From Candidatus Poribacteria bacterium (GTDB lineage Bacteria > Poribacteria > WGA-4E > WGA-3G): a stretch of 64,000 nt of DNA. The DNA lies in assembly GCA_965205015.1 (NCBI GenBank), contig OZ242029.1, forward strand, positions 5,248,001 through 5,312,000. The letters are read 5' to 3'. The translations under genes and the position numbers were made by a program. Position 1 is the stretch's first letter, and every line of letters begins with the position of its first letter. Positions 50,863 through 59,963 of the stretch are shown piece by piece. Below the pieces are notes generated by a model. The model did not search any database. It saw only the letters and a program-made list of their open reading frames with translations, and had not been told where the DNA came from.

Positions 50863-51909
50863 CATACGCTTGAGGTGGCTGCTGACCCGCAAAGCCTTTC
50901 TTTACTTCATCAGTTCAACGGTGTTTATGTTCAAGACAGCACCTGGATATCGCTCCCCGATGACCTCCATGAGATTTCCAAAGGTCCCCCGAAAAAGAAT
51001 CATCCGCAGAAAGCCGCTTTGAAACTTCATTTGCGCTTTGATGTGTTGACGGGAGGTTCCAAGACTTCCAACTCACCAATGGCATGGCTGCTGATAGCAC
51101 AACCGAAAAGGCAGCCGATCCCCTTCCACAGGGAAGTTTATACCTCGCAGACTTGGCATATTTTTCCCTCGATACGTTTGAGAAACTCACTGAGAACGGC
51201 ATCTACTGGGTTTCTCGCTTGAAAGCCAACTCGTATCTCGCTGATGAAAACGGCGAATACCTCCCTTTAGAGAAGATGCTCAAGGAGACCGAAGCAGAAA
51301 ACACCTTCATTCGCAAACGCATCCGTATCGGCAGAACAAAGCAACTTCCGGTGTATCTCATCGCCCAAAGACTTTCACAAGCAGAAGCGAGTCAACGCCG
51401 ACGCTCCATCCGATACCGTGCCAAACACAAAGCCCAAACCCCCTCAAAAACGCTCTTGCGCCTCGCGGGATACATACCAATATCAAAGCACATTGACTTA
51501 CCTCGAAACAGCTGGTCCGTCAGCGTCGGCATCCGATGGCAGATTGAGTTGATGTTTAAGGGATTCAAAAATAGCGGAAAACTGACTGTCTCCCGGAGTC
51601 AGAAACCCTATCGGATCCTCTGCGAAATCTATGCCAAACTCATTGCGATCCTGATTCAACACATCGTCATGTTAGCCGCAGGATACCGACACATACACCA
51701 CAGTTTCATCAAGACCGCAAAATACATTACCGGCTACGCGAGATTGCTAACGGTGAGTTTTCATCACTCAAAAACCCAACGCCTTGAAACCTTGAAGGAC
51801 ATAAAACGATCCTTTGAAAACGGCGGGGGTTTCCAGAGAAGCCCTGGAAAAAATACAACCCTTAGACGATTCCAAGAGGCAATGGAAAATCTCTAAATTG
51901 ACACTTATG
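50863..51909 (+). mobile_element. IS4-family element remnant: 5'-truncated, frameshifted DDE transposase
   Basis: VQDSTWI, KLHL, LADLAYF, VSRLK and RWQIELMFK split over frames (50875..51222, 51084..51896); right end TTGACACTTATG resembles an IS4-type TIR. Confidence 0.8.
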
Positions 51910-52122
51910 GTGAGGTTTCCCAACCGTACCGGATGGTTGATAGAAACGTCCAAAACCTGATAAATTCTTAAAAGTGAATGCCCTGAGTTTTCAGTCCCAG
52001 TTATCATGCTTTGCAGTGAGAACAGTTAATACCATGACTCTATTGGCAACCGCAGAAATTTAAAATGTGCTGTATCTGACACAGGATCAAGACTAATAAC
52101 TGATACCGAAGCTCCAGACATG

Positions 52123-52154
52123 AAACGCCCGAGGTTTAGCACCCCGGGCGTTTT
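52123..52154. terminator. Hairpin with T-tail at the island boundary
   Basis: AAACGCCCGAGG-TTTAGCA-CCCCGGGCGTTTT. Confidence 0.55.
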
Positions 52155-52427
52155 GTGGTTAAACGGGAAAATTGCACATATGACTATAGTTGCCGTATTC
52201 ACTTTTTTCAGATTATGCACGTTTTCTGCCGAAAACAGAAGTCTTTAAGAAATAGTTAAATATGCTTAATGCCAAAAAATTTTGAACACCCATAGGAACG
52301 ATCCTAGATATTCGGTTCTCTTAGAGGATATTTTTCCCGCCTCTATTCTTTCCTTCTTCTAACCTTCCCTCCGTTCTGACTGTTTTTCCCATAATTTTTG
52401 AAAAAATTGGCAATTTTTCCTGTTTTT

Positions 52428-52455
52428 TGAACCTTTTGGCAATAATGTGTCCTCT
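52428..52455 (+). promoter_or_regulatory. ECF-sigma-type promoter, probably autoregulatory
   Basis: TGAACCTTTT-N14-CTCT, 30 nt before the ECF gene; same motif on the minus strand at 63365-63392. Confidence 0.55.
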
Positions 52456-52484
52456 ATGCCCGAATCCAAATCGGTTATTGCTTA

Positions 52485-53048
52485 ATGGAGAACGATATAG
52501 TAACAACAGGTTTAATTTGGCAGCTTCAATCGGGGGATGATAAACCTCTCAGTGAGTTGATGAAACACTACAATCCGCATATATGGCCGTTAATTCTGTC
52601 GGAATCTCGGAACTATCAAGATGCTGAGGATATACTCAGTAGAACCTGGGTTTCGGTTTGGGAGAATATCAACGGCTTGCGGGATGTAGGCAATTTCAGC
52701 GGATGGCTGCGGAAAATCGCTTATAACCAATGTAGGCGATATTACAACAACGCATACCATTCACAAGGCGAACGTCCTTACGAAGATGAGGCGTTGGCGT
52801 GGCATGTCAATAGCAGTACTGAGATTCTCCTTCGTGAAGAAGAATTGAAAGCAGATGCTATTGAAGCAGTGCTACATCTACCGAGCAAGCCTGGACATAC
52901 CCGAGAAGTTGCTATATTGTTTTATCTTCACGACATGCCGCTGAAGGAGATTGCGGAAGAACTTGAGTTGCCACTCGGCACAGTCAAGCGCAAACTTCAT
53001 GAGGCACGCGGATTTCTCCGTAAGGAGTTCTGCGTGGAGTCTGAGTGA
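52485..53048 (+). CDS. ECF RNA polymerase sigma factor
   Basis: DAEDI, FSGWLRKIAYNQC (region 2), EIAEELELPLGTVKRKLHEAR (region 4). Confidence 0.9.
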   Translation: MENDIVTTGLIWQLQSGDDKPLSELMKHYNPHIWPLILSESRNYQDAEDILSRTWVSVWENINGLRDVGNFSGWLRKIAYNQCRRYYNNAYHSQGERPYEDEALAWHVNSSTEILLREEELKADAIEAVLHLPSKPGHTREVAILFYLHDMPLKEIAEELELPLGTVKRKLHEARGFLRKEFCVESE

Positions 53049-53233
53049 AAGGACGATAACTTGGTTGGGTTGTGTTTTAGTTATACTTGGTGCTTTCGGC
53101 CAAGTAGCGTAATTGTTGTTTATGAGCTGCTTTTTCTGAAAGACCTTGCTTTAAAGTAAGAAAAAGTGACAGTCCATTTTCAACAATATATATTTCACAC
53201 TGAATCCCTTCAAGGGACAAAGAGGAGAAGTTT

Positions 53234-53503
53234 ATGTTAGTGTCTTGTCTTAGAAACAAAATGGTTACAAAATCTGTTGCAATGGTTCTTGTAGTAATGT
53301 TTTCGCTTGTTTTCTATACAGGCTCAACACCAGAGGCGGAGGCACAAGAAGTTTACGCAGAGGCGAATCAGGATGGCTGGAAAGTCGGTATCAAAGTTGA
53401 CTTGTTAAAACTCTACGATCGGATATTCGGTGACAGCAGTAGCAATAACAACAGTAGTTGTAGTTGTGGCTGTGGTAGCAGCAATAGTAGCTGTAGTTGC
53501 TAA
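53234..53503 (+). CDS. Secreted small peptide with Asn/Ser tract and Cys-rich tail (precursor 1)
   Basis: GAGGAG RBS; signal peptide ending AEA; C-terminus GDSSSNNNSSCSCGCGSSNSSCSC*. Confidence 0.8.
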   Translation: MLVSCLRNKMVTKSVAMVLVVMFSLVFYTGSTPEAEAQEVYAEANQDGWKVGIKVDLLKLYDRIFGDSSSNNNSSCSCGCGSSNSSCSC

Positions 53504-53722
53504 CCCTTTTCCTAGTGCTCTGTCCATCTTGAAATTGTAAATAAATCCGTTCGTAGTCTTGTGATTCATTGCACGTCACAAGGTACAATGCATTGTGCTA
53601 CTATGAACAGACCTCAATTTGAAAAATGGATAAAGCACTAAGTTACAAACCTATTTCCCCGTTTCGCTTCCACATATCCTGTGGTGGTGAAATGGGGCAT
53701 CGGCTCTAAAGGAGATTATAGC

Positions 53723-54670
53723 ATGAAGTCACGTGAATGGTTATCGCCACGCACTGTATCAATTATTGGTATTTTAGTGGTCCTTCTTATGATTGGCCTC
53801 TATTTCTACGTGCGACATGATGTACAAAAATTTGAAGCGAGTTTGCCAAAGATTTTACCAACAACACAATCTGTTAATAGGCTTGGCCACGGGCCATTGA
53901 CAGAGAATGTTATTCCTAAACTAGATGAGGTAGTTTTCGCTGAAAAACCTGTGCAAGCTGTCCCTGTGACAAGCGGTGAATTGATAGTAGTTTCCCAAAA
54001 TGAGGAATCTGTCGCGGGAGCAGAACCCGGGTGTAGCATGTCTGGGGATATGATGGACTCTAAACATGAAGAAGACGATGAACCAGAAGTTTACGCAGGA
54101 ATGACGAATGAAGAAGTACGAGAACTCATTGCTGAACTTCAGACATCTTATGATATCACGAATGCAGATGAGAAGTTTGACTTATTAGGAGAGGCACTCC
54201 TCGCAAAAATAGGGCCCGACCCGAGAATCCCGCGCGTGATTAGCAATTTTAAAGCTCTCCACGCACTTGATAAACAAGTAAAAAGGATGAATGCAGCAGG
54301 GAAAGACAATCAAGCGGAAATTGACGTTTTTCTCAATCAGTTACCGGCTGTTGTCGCAAGTGATTTAGTAGAACTCTCTATTGGCTTGCTTAGTCCAAGC
54401 GAAGAAGAGTCGGCTGCCCTGCGTAAACAGGTTAAACAAATCACATCATATGTGGATAATCTTACGCTTCTTCGCGAGACTACTCCCTTGATTAAGGATG
54501 CTATTTCCACAGGAGATATTACCCCCGAAGAAGGGAAAGTGTTTCTAGAATCCGTGTCTGGTATAAACGTTACCGTGCACGCCTTGCCTCGCTCGGGAAC
54601 CCCGGTAGACGACACCATAAGGCCCCTGGAAACATCCGAACCTGCGGTAAAAGAGATTCCTGAATACTAG
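53723..54670 (+). CDS. Membrane-anchored acidic extracytoplasmic protein
   Basis: AGGAG RBS, N-terminal TM helix IIGILVVLLMIGLYFYV, acidic linker, helical C-terminal domain. Confidence 0.7.
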   Translation: MKSREWLSPRTVSIIGILVVLLMIGLYFYVRHDVQKFEASLPKILPTTQSVNRLGHGPLTENVIPKLDEVVFAEKPVQAVPVTSGELIVVSQNEESVAGAEPGCSMSGDMMDSKHEEDDEPEVYAGMTNEEVRELIAELQTSYDITNADEKFDLLGEALLAKIGPDPRIPRVISNFKALHALDKQVKRMNAAGKDNQAEIDVFLNQLPAVVASDLVELSIGLLSPSEEESAALRKQVKQITSYVDNLTLLRETTPLIKDAISTGDITPEEGKVFLESVSGINVTVHALPRSGTPVDDTIRPLETSEPAVKEIPEY

Positions 54671-54696
54671 TAGTCTGTCACGTCTAAACTGAGAGG

Positions 54697-54760
54697 CAGT
54701 TCGTAGTAGCGCAATTCATTGCGCTATGGATGAGGCGATGAATCGCCTCACTACGAACTG
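54697..54760. repeat. REP/MITE-like palindromic element
   Basis: CAGTTCGTAGT...ACTACGAACTG termini with internal hairpins AGCGCAATTCATTGCGCT and TGAGGCGATGAATCGCCTCA. Confidence 0.65.
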
Positions 54761-54774
54761 GGGTTACCCTTCAT

Positions 54775-54963
54775 TTGAAAGTTGACAAAGCACTAGACGC
54801 AGGAGATATATCCTCTGAAGAAGCCGAATCATTCTTAGAACGCCTATCGGGTCTAAACATTACAGGGGCAGGACCTGACCAGACACAAAGAAGGGAAGAA
54901 TCTGCAACACCCGATGTAATTAAACCAAACGTCTCTGAGATTCCTGAATACGAGACTTTTTGA
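54775..54963 (+). pseudogene. C-terminal remnant paralogous to 53723..54670
   Basis: ALDAGDISSEEAESFLERLSGLNIT...EIPEY vs AISTGDITPEEGKVFLESVSGINVT...EIPEY. Confidence 0.7.
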
Positions 54964-54978
54964 GATGAGGATTTACTT

Positions 54979-55392
54979 ATGAGAATCCTTCAGGTACTAA
55001 AACTCACAAGAATCTGTTTAGTGCTTTTTAGCATCAACTTGCCACTCGTCGCAACAACACTCCCTCAAAAAATGAGTGAATCAGATGTTAAAGTATTTTT
55101 GGATATGGGCTTCCAAGGGTTTGAGGAACTTACACACAGCCAGGGGTTCCAAGATTGGCATTATGCCGAAGCCAAAATTCCTATTAGATTGGCGAACTGT
55201 GCCGACTGTGCCCCTTATATTACTATCTTTCGCGAAAGATCCACAAATGGCAGACCTACCGTAGGCGCCAGGGGGTCATGGTCGACTTTATGGAAAATGC
55301 CAAAAATCGTGATAGGTTATGCCAAAATCCTATCTCAACGAGGCAGGATACTTCTACACAGTGGGGTCCAAAAACTTTTTTCGTGGTGGTAA
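54979..55392 (+). CDS. Putative secreted hypothetical protein (possibly truncated)
   Basis: GAGG RBS, signal-like N-terminus, CxxC (CADC). Confidence 0.45.
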   Translation: MRILQVLKLTRICLVLFSINLPLVATTLPQKMSESDVKVFLDMGFQGFEELTHSQGFQDWHYAEAKIPIRLANCADCAPYITIFRERSTNGRPTVGARGSWSTLWKMPKIVIGYAKILSQRGRILLHSGVQKLFSWW

Positions 55393-55558
55393 TTTTTTGT
55401 AAAATCAAAAACATTCCTCCAGGGGTTATAGTAAAGCTCGAAAATATATGAGCATAAGAACTCTGAAAAAACCTTCCTCCCCACTGGCGAGGTGAGGAAA
55501 CTTCACTACCCCGAGTGTATAGATAATTATGTGCTTCATTATAAAAGAGCGAAAATCA

Positions 55559-55865
55559 ATGTTTTTATATTCGCTCAGAAAAAGAAAGATTGCGATACCT
55601 ATGGTAATTCTTCTTATAGCAATTTTCCTATTAAGCTTATATACAATCTGGACAGACTCAATATCAGAAGCAGCAGCCAATGGCAATAACGATAATCTCT
55701 TTATTCGCTCCCCTCTGCCGAGATAGACTTGAGAGATGTTTTAGTTATCGAGGCGTGATTCTTTGGGTAATGGATAGAATTACAGACGATAACTCCAATA
55801 ACAACAGTTCCGGTAACAGTGAATGCGACTGTGGGTGTACCGACAGCGGTAGTTGTTTTTGTTAA
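55559..55865 (+). pseudogene. Second Cys-tail peptide (precursor 2), broken by two apparent single-base deletions
   Basis: Signal peptide MFLYSLRKRK...SEAAA in one frame, EIDLRDVLVI in the next, GVILWVMDRITDDNSNNNSSGNSECDCGCTDSGSCFC* in the third. Confidence 0.7.
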
Positions 55866-55886
55866 ATTCGTAAATGGTGCTAGTCT

Positions 55887-58238
55887 ATGGTTAAAAGGCT
55901 TACAAGTAGCCTTCTCATTATCAGTATCTTGTTCCTCGCCTTCTGGCTGCGTACTCAGGGTACGAGCCGTATTCCCGATGGACAGTTTACCGGATACGAT
56001 CCCTATCTCTATTATTGGCAGGCACAGATCATCTCCGAATACGGGTATCTACCCGAACGCGATATGCACCGCTGGCTACCCCTCGGTAGAGATTTAAGAC
56101 AAACCCTAAATCTCTATTCTTATGTCCTTGCTTACACCCATAAAGCAATTTCTCTGTGCTATCCAAACGTCTCACTATATCAGATTTCTGTTTATGCACC
56201 ACCTATCTGTTTTATTACCGGGCTCGGTGCCCTTTGCCTCTTCCTGTACCACACTTATGGATGTCTCTTTTCAAGTTGTGTTGGCGTGTTGCTCGCAACT
56301 TTTCCTGGCACTATCGGGCGCAGTTCTGCTGGTTTTGGAGACAGGGACTCTTGGTGTTTTCTACTTGCTGTTCTTGCCATCACAACCTATCTTGTTTCTT
56401 TACAAGCGCGCAACCCACGCAAACGAATGTTATGGACGCTTGTCAGTGGCGGCATCGTTTTTCTCGGGGGCATCAGCTGGGAGGCTTTCGGATTTTTTGT
56501 TGGAATGATAGTTGCTATGGAACTCTGGAAGTTCTGCACCACTGTGAGGGAACAGCATATAAAAGAATACGCCTTGTGGGTGTTTATGTTTGTGCCAGGG
56601 CTCTATCTTGCCAGTCCCGCGTACCGAAACGGCTATGGGTTCGCCACACACATTACTGCCTTGATGCTCTTCCCACCGCTTGTTATCTTCGTGCTCCGCA
56701 GTGTTAGATTTCTGCTTCTTGATTTCTCAGAACAGTTCCGGCCGTATGCACGCCATCTTGCATGGTTCTTAACGCTTAGCAGCATCGCAATAGGCATCTG
56801 TTACATTGTTATAAATCTTGACAACTTCGCCCACACTGCCTATCAGTTTCAAGAAAACCGCTTGATGCGAAGCATCAGCGAACTGGCTAGCCCGCTTTTT
56901 GGTTATTGGACAGAACGTTATGGGAGTTTCTTTATTTTAGGCAGCCTTGGACTTATTGTTGAAAGCCTCCGGGTATGGAAATGGAAAGCCATCCCTTTGG
57001 GGGTATCCCTTATTCTCTTTTTTGGAACGACCTTCTTTCGATGGCCCATCAGCCAGTGGATTGGTACTGATATGTGCAATACACTCTTTTTTGCTTCGCT
57101 TGCACTCGTTCCTACCGGACTTGGTATTGCAAGTCTCCGAAAAGGAAATTCCGCCGCAGAATTCATAACGCTCCTCGCTATCCTGTGGGCACTTTTGTGG
57201 ATCGGCCTTGCCCGCAGTGGAAAACGGTTTGACTTCTTTATCGGTATCCCTCTTGCTTGCGGCACAGCCTTTCTCTTATGGTACTGTCCCATACAGTTTA
57301 TACAAAAACTTAAGGCAGCCAAAAGATTGCCAGAGTATTTCAGGCAACCTTGGATTGTCGCGTGCGTAACAATCGCTATATTCATTCCTATGCTCTTTTG
57401 GACACCACTCGGAGGCCACGCCGCGCGCGCCCTGAAAGGAGCAAAGGACGTTCGAAGACCTATTCCAGGACGAGGGGAGATGCTAGAGACGTTTCAGTGG
57501 ATGAAAGCTACACTTCCACCAAACACCATTATGGCTGCCCACTGGAGTTACGGCAGTCAACTCAATATTTTCGGCGATGTTAAAACTGTCATTGACCAGG
57601 ATCATTATATACCACACTGGATACACCTCTATTACCGACACGTCTTCTGTGCTCAGTCCGAGCGCGAGGCGCTCTCTTTTTTGAAAACTCATGGTGCAAC
57701 ACACCTTATGTTAACACAGGAAGAGGTTATTAAGTTACCTCGGAGCCTTTCCTTTATAGGTAGTGACAAAAACGCAGATCGCCGCTTCGGATTCACCAAA
57801 CTGCATCGCGACAGAAAAACTTCAACTGAAACGCTTACAAGACTAATGCCGCGACGCGGTACCCCTTTGGAATCCGTTGAGGTTGTTAATATCGCGCCTG
57901 AAAAGCGATTCGTGACTGTCCAGTTCAAAACACAAGACACGGTGTCCAAAGAGGTCGTCTGGAACGCTAATAAACCCTCAGCAATAAAACTCGGAACAAG
58001 TGGTGTGGTTCTCTACTTTGATTTTGAAGGCAAACCTTACATCGGGTACTATATCCCATCAATTGGGTGGAACAGTTTCGCTGTTAAACTGTTCATACGT
58101 GGCGAGCATAGTACAGCCTTTATACCTGTTTATCCTGTTAATAAAGATAGCCTTGCAAAACTTAAAGTGTGGAGAATTTACTATCCACCTGATATAAATC
58201 CAGATCCTAAATACCTCGCAACTGATCCTGAACGGTGA
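55887..58238 (+). CDS. STT3/AglB/PglB-like oligosaccharyltransferase (GT-C fold)
   Basis: Many TM helices; GYDPY, GFGDRD (DxD), SISE (TIXE/SVSE), KRF, then soluble domain AHWSYGSQL...VIDQ (WWDYG variant). Confidence 0.82.
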   Translation: MVKRLTSSLLIISILFLAFWLRTQGTSRIPDGQFTGYDPYLYYWQAQIISEYGYLPERDMHRWLPLGRDLRQTLNLYSYVLAYTHKAISLCYPNVSLYQISVYAPPICFITGLGALCLFLYHTYGCLFSSCVGVLLATFPGTIGRSSAGFGDRDSWCFLLAVLAITTYLVSLQARNPRKRMLWTLVSGGIVFLGGISWEAFGFFVGMIVAMELWKFCTTVREQHIKEYALWVFMFVPGLYLASPAYRNGYGFATHITALMLFPPLVIFVLRSVRFLLLDFSEQFRPYARHLAWFLTLSSIAIGICYIVINLDNFAHTAYQFQENRLMRSISELASPLFGYWTERYGSFFILGSLGLIVESLRVWKWKAIPLGVSLILFFGTTFFRWPISQWIGTDMCNTLFFASLALVPTGLGIASLRKGNSAAEFITLLAILWALLWIGLARSGKRFDFFIGIPLACGTAFLLWYCPIQFIQKLKAAKRLPEYFRQPWIVACVTIAIFIPMLFWTPLGGHAARALKGAKDVRRPIPGRGEMLETFQWMKATLPPNTIMAAHWSYGSQLNIFGDVKTVIDQDHYIPHWIHLYYRHVFCAQSEREALSFLKTHGATHLMLTQEEVIKLPRSLSFIGSDKNADRRFGFTKLHRDRKTSTETLTRLMPRRGTPLESVEVVNIAPEKRFVTVQFKTQDTVSKEVVWNANKPSAIKLGTSGVVLYFDFEGKPYIGYYIPSIGWNSFAVKLFIRGEHSTAFIPVYPVNKDSLAKLKVWRIYYPPDINPDPKYLATDPER

Positions 58239-58294
58239 TACCGAATTCGTAAGGATAGATTTCTATATTTACCCATGTAACTTAATACAAGCAC

Positions 58295-58855
58295 ATGATA
58301 GCAAACGCAATAACGCTCTTAAGGCTTCTTTTAACCTTTGTTGTAATTATATTACTCCATTTAAACTACTATATCAGTATAGGACTAATGGCAATGATCG
58401 GTGGTATTTTCACACTTGATGGTGTTGACGGTATCATTGCCCGTAAATGCAACCAAGCAACAAAGTTCGGAGCAATCTTTGATACTGTAGCAGATAGAAT
58501 CATTGAGAATACTTTCTGGATTTACTTTGCAGTGAACGGACTAATCCCTTTATGGATGCCGATCACTGTCCTAACTCGTGGATTTTTGATAGACAGTTTG
58601 CAGCACTATACTAAGCTATCAAAAAGCGACTGGGCACATGCCCTTACTCGCTCCCGCACAAGCCGTGCACTTTATGGTATAGCCAAAATGAGTACCTTTC
58701 TTTTGCTTGCAAGTGTCTGCGTTTTCAAACCTGAAAATTCCACTATAGAACTAATAAGTGTAATACTTCCTACTGCTACTATCGGTTTTTGTCTCATTCG
58801 GGGGGTGCCACTATTCATAGAAGCTTGCAAAACTTTCACTGTTAACCTGAATTAA
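58295..58855 (+). CDS. CDP-alcohol phosphatidyltransferase (PgsA-like)
   Basis: ANAITLLR; DGVDGIIARKCNQATKFGAIFDTVAD matches DxxDGxxAR...GxxxDxxxD. Confidence 0.9.
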   Translation: MIANAITLLRLLLTFVVIILLHLNYYISIGLMAMIGGIFTLDGVDGIIARKCNQATKFGAIFDTVADRIIENTFWIYFAVNGLIPLWMPITVLTRGFLIDSLQHYTKLSKSDWAHALTRSRTSRALYGIAKMSTFLLLASVCVFKPENSTIELISVILPTATIGFCLIRGVPLFIEACKTFTVNLN

Positions 58856-58897
58856 CGTAGAATCCACGATAAAAAATGTTAAAAAAGGAGAAATTTA

Positions 58898-59932
58898 TTG
58901 AAAAGTTGCATAGCACTCTTAATAAGTATTCTGCTTGTATTCCCTTTCCCGTCCCTCACTTATGGAGACACATCCAAGCAGTCGCGGCCCGACAACCTCG
59001 TACCTATTGGTATAATGGGTGACCATGGACACAAAAAAAGTGAGATAATGCTCTTATACCGGTTCATGGCAATAAACATGCAGGGTTTACAATCTGACAC
59101 AACTCCGCTTGAGAAGGAGGATGTTCTCAAAGATTTTATGATAGCACCTGTACAGATGAGCATGCAGATGCACATGCTCGAGACAATGTTCGCACCGCAC
59201 AACCGTATCACTCTCATGGCAATGGCAAACTACCAACATAATGCTATGCAAATGGAAGGTGCGCACCAGCATGCACACGGTGGACATGAACACCCCGTAG
59301 TTCCTCATGAAATGTCAAGTGCAGGCATTGGTGATGTAAAATTAGAGGGCGTCCTCACACTTTGGGAAATGCCTCACCTGACACTCCTTGCAAACGTCGG
59401 TGTTTCATTCCCAACCGATTCCATTACGCAAAAAGGAGATAATGAGGAACTTCTACCTTATTCTATGCAACTTGGCAATGGTTCTTTTGAAGCTCGCCCT
59501 GGCATTACACTCTTTGGGTTTCACAACTTTTGGTCCTATGGTGGACAACTTCGAGGCACATTTCCATTGAATACCAATGCGGGAGGGTGGCGGTACGGAA
59601 AAACCTTTGATGTTACCGCATGGGGGGCGCGCCGTATCAACAATTGGATCAGCCTTGGTAGTAGGTTGCTCTTGTCAGCACGAGGAAACATCACCGGCAG
59701 CCACCCCGATTTGAATCCATATATGAGTCCGAGTCACCGTCCTGACTATAGTGGTGCTACCTTGCTTAATTTCGCTGTTTCTGGCAACGTCATCGTTCCA
59801 ACAGGTACCTTCATAGGGCAAAGACTCGCCATTGAGTTTCAGATACCCCTTTATCAGAGTTTCACTGGAATTCAACTCAAAACAACATGGCAGCTCACTG
59901 CCAGTTGGCAATACGCCTTCAAAGTTTTGTAA
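58898..59932 (+). CDS. Outer-membrane beta-barrel transporter-like protein with His/Met-rich loops
   Basis: Signal peptide, PIGIMGDHGHKK, QMSMQMHM, HQHAHGGHEH, GIGD, MQLGNG, aromatic terminal strand WQYAF. Confidence 0.7.
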   Translation: MKSCIALLISILLVFPFPSLTYGDTSKQSRPDNLVPIGIMGDHGHKKSEIMLLYRFMAINMQGLQSDTTPLEKEDVLKDFMIAPVQMSMQMHMLETMFAPHNRITLMAMANYQHNAMQMEGAHQHAHGGHEHPVVPHEMSSAGIGDVKLEGVLTLWEMPHLTLLANVGVSFPTDSITQKGDNEELLPYSMQLGNGSFEARPGITLFGFHNFWSYGGQLRGTFPLNTNAGGWRYGKTFDVTAWGARRINNWISLGSRLLLSARGNITGSHPDLNPYMSPSHRPDYSGATLLNFAVSGNVIVPTGTFIGQRLAIEFQIPLYQSFTGIQLKTTWQLTASWQYAFKVL

Positions 59933-59963
59933 GAACATCCGAACCCTTTTACAAGGAAACATC

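Noticed and set aside
51910-52400. tRNA or att site at the island's left edge
   Set aside because: Only one hairpin is visible; I see no cloverleaf, T-loop motif, integrase or matching direct repeat at the other end
53234-55865. Lanthipeptide, thiopeptide or ranthipeptide interpretation of the Cys/Ser-rich peptides
   Set aside because: No LanB/C/M, YcaO, radical SAM/SPASM or peptidase-ABC transporter lies nearby, and the leaders are Sec-type signal peptides
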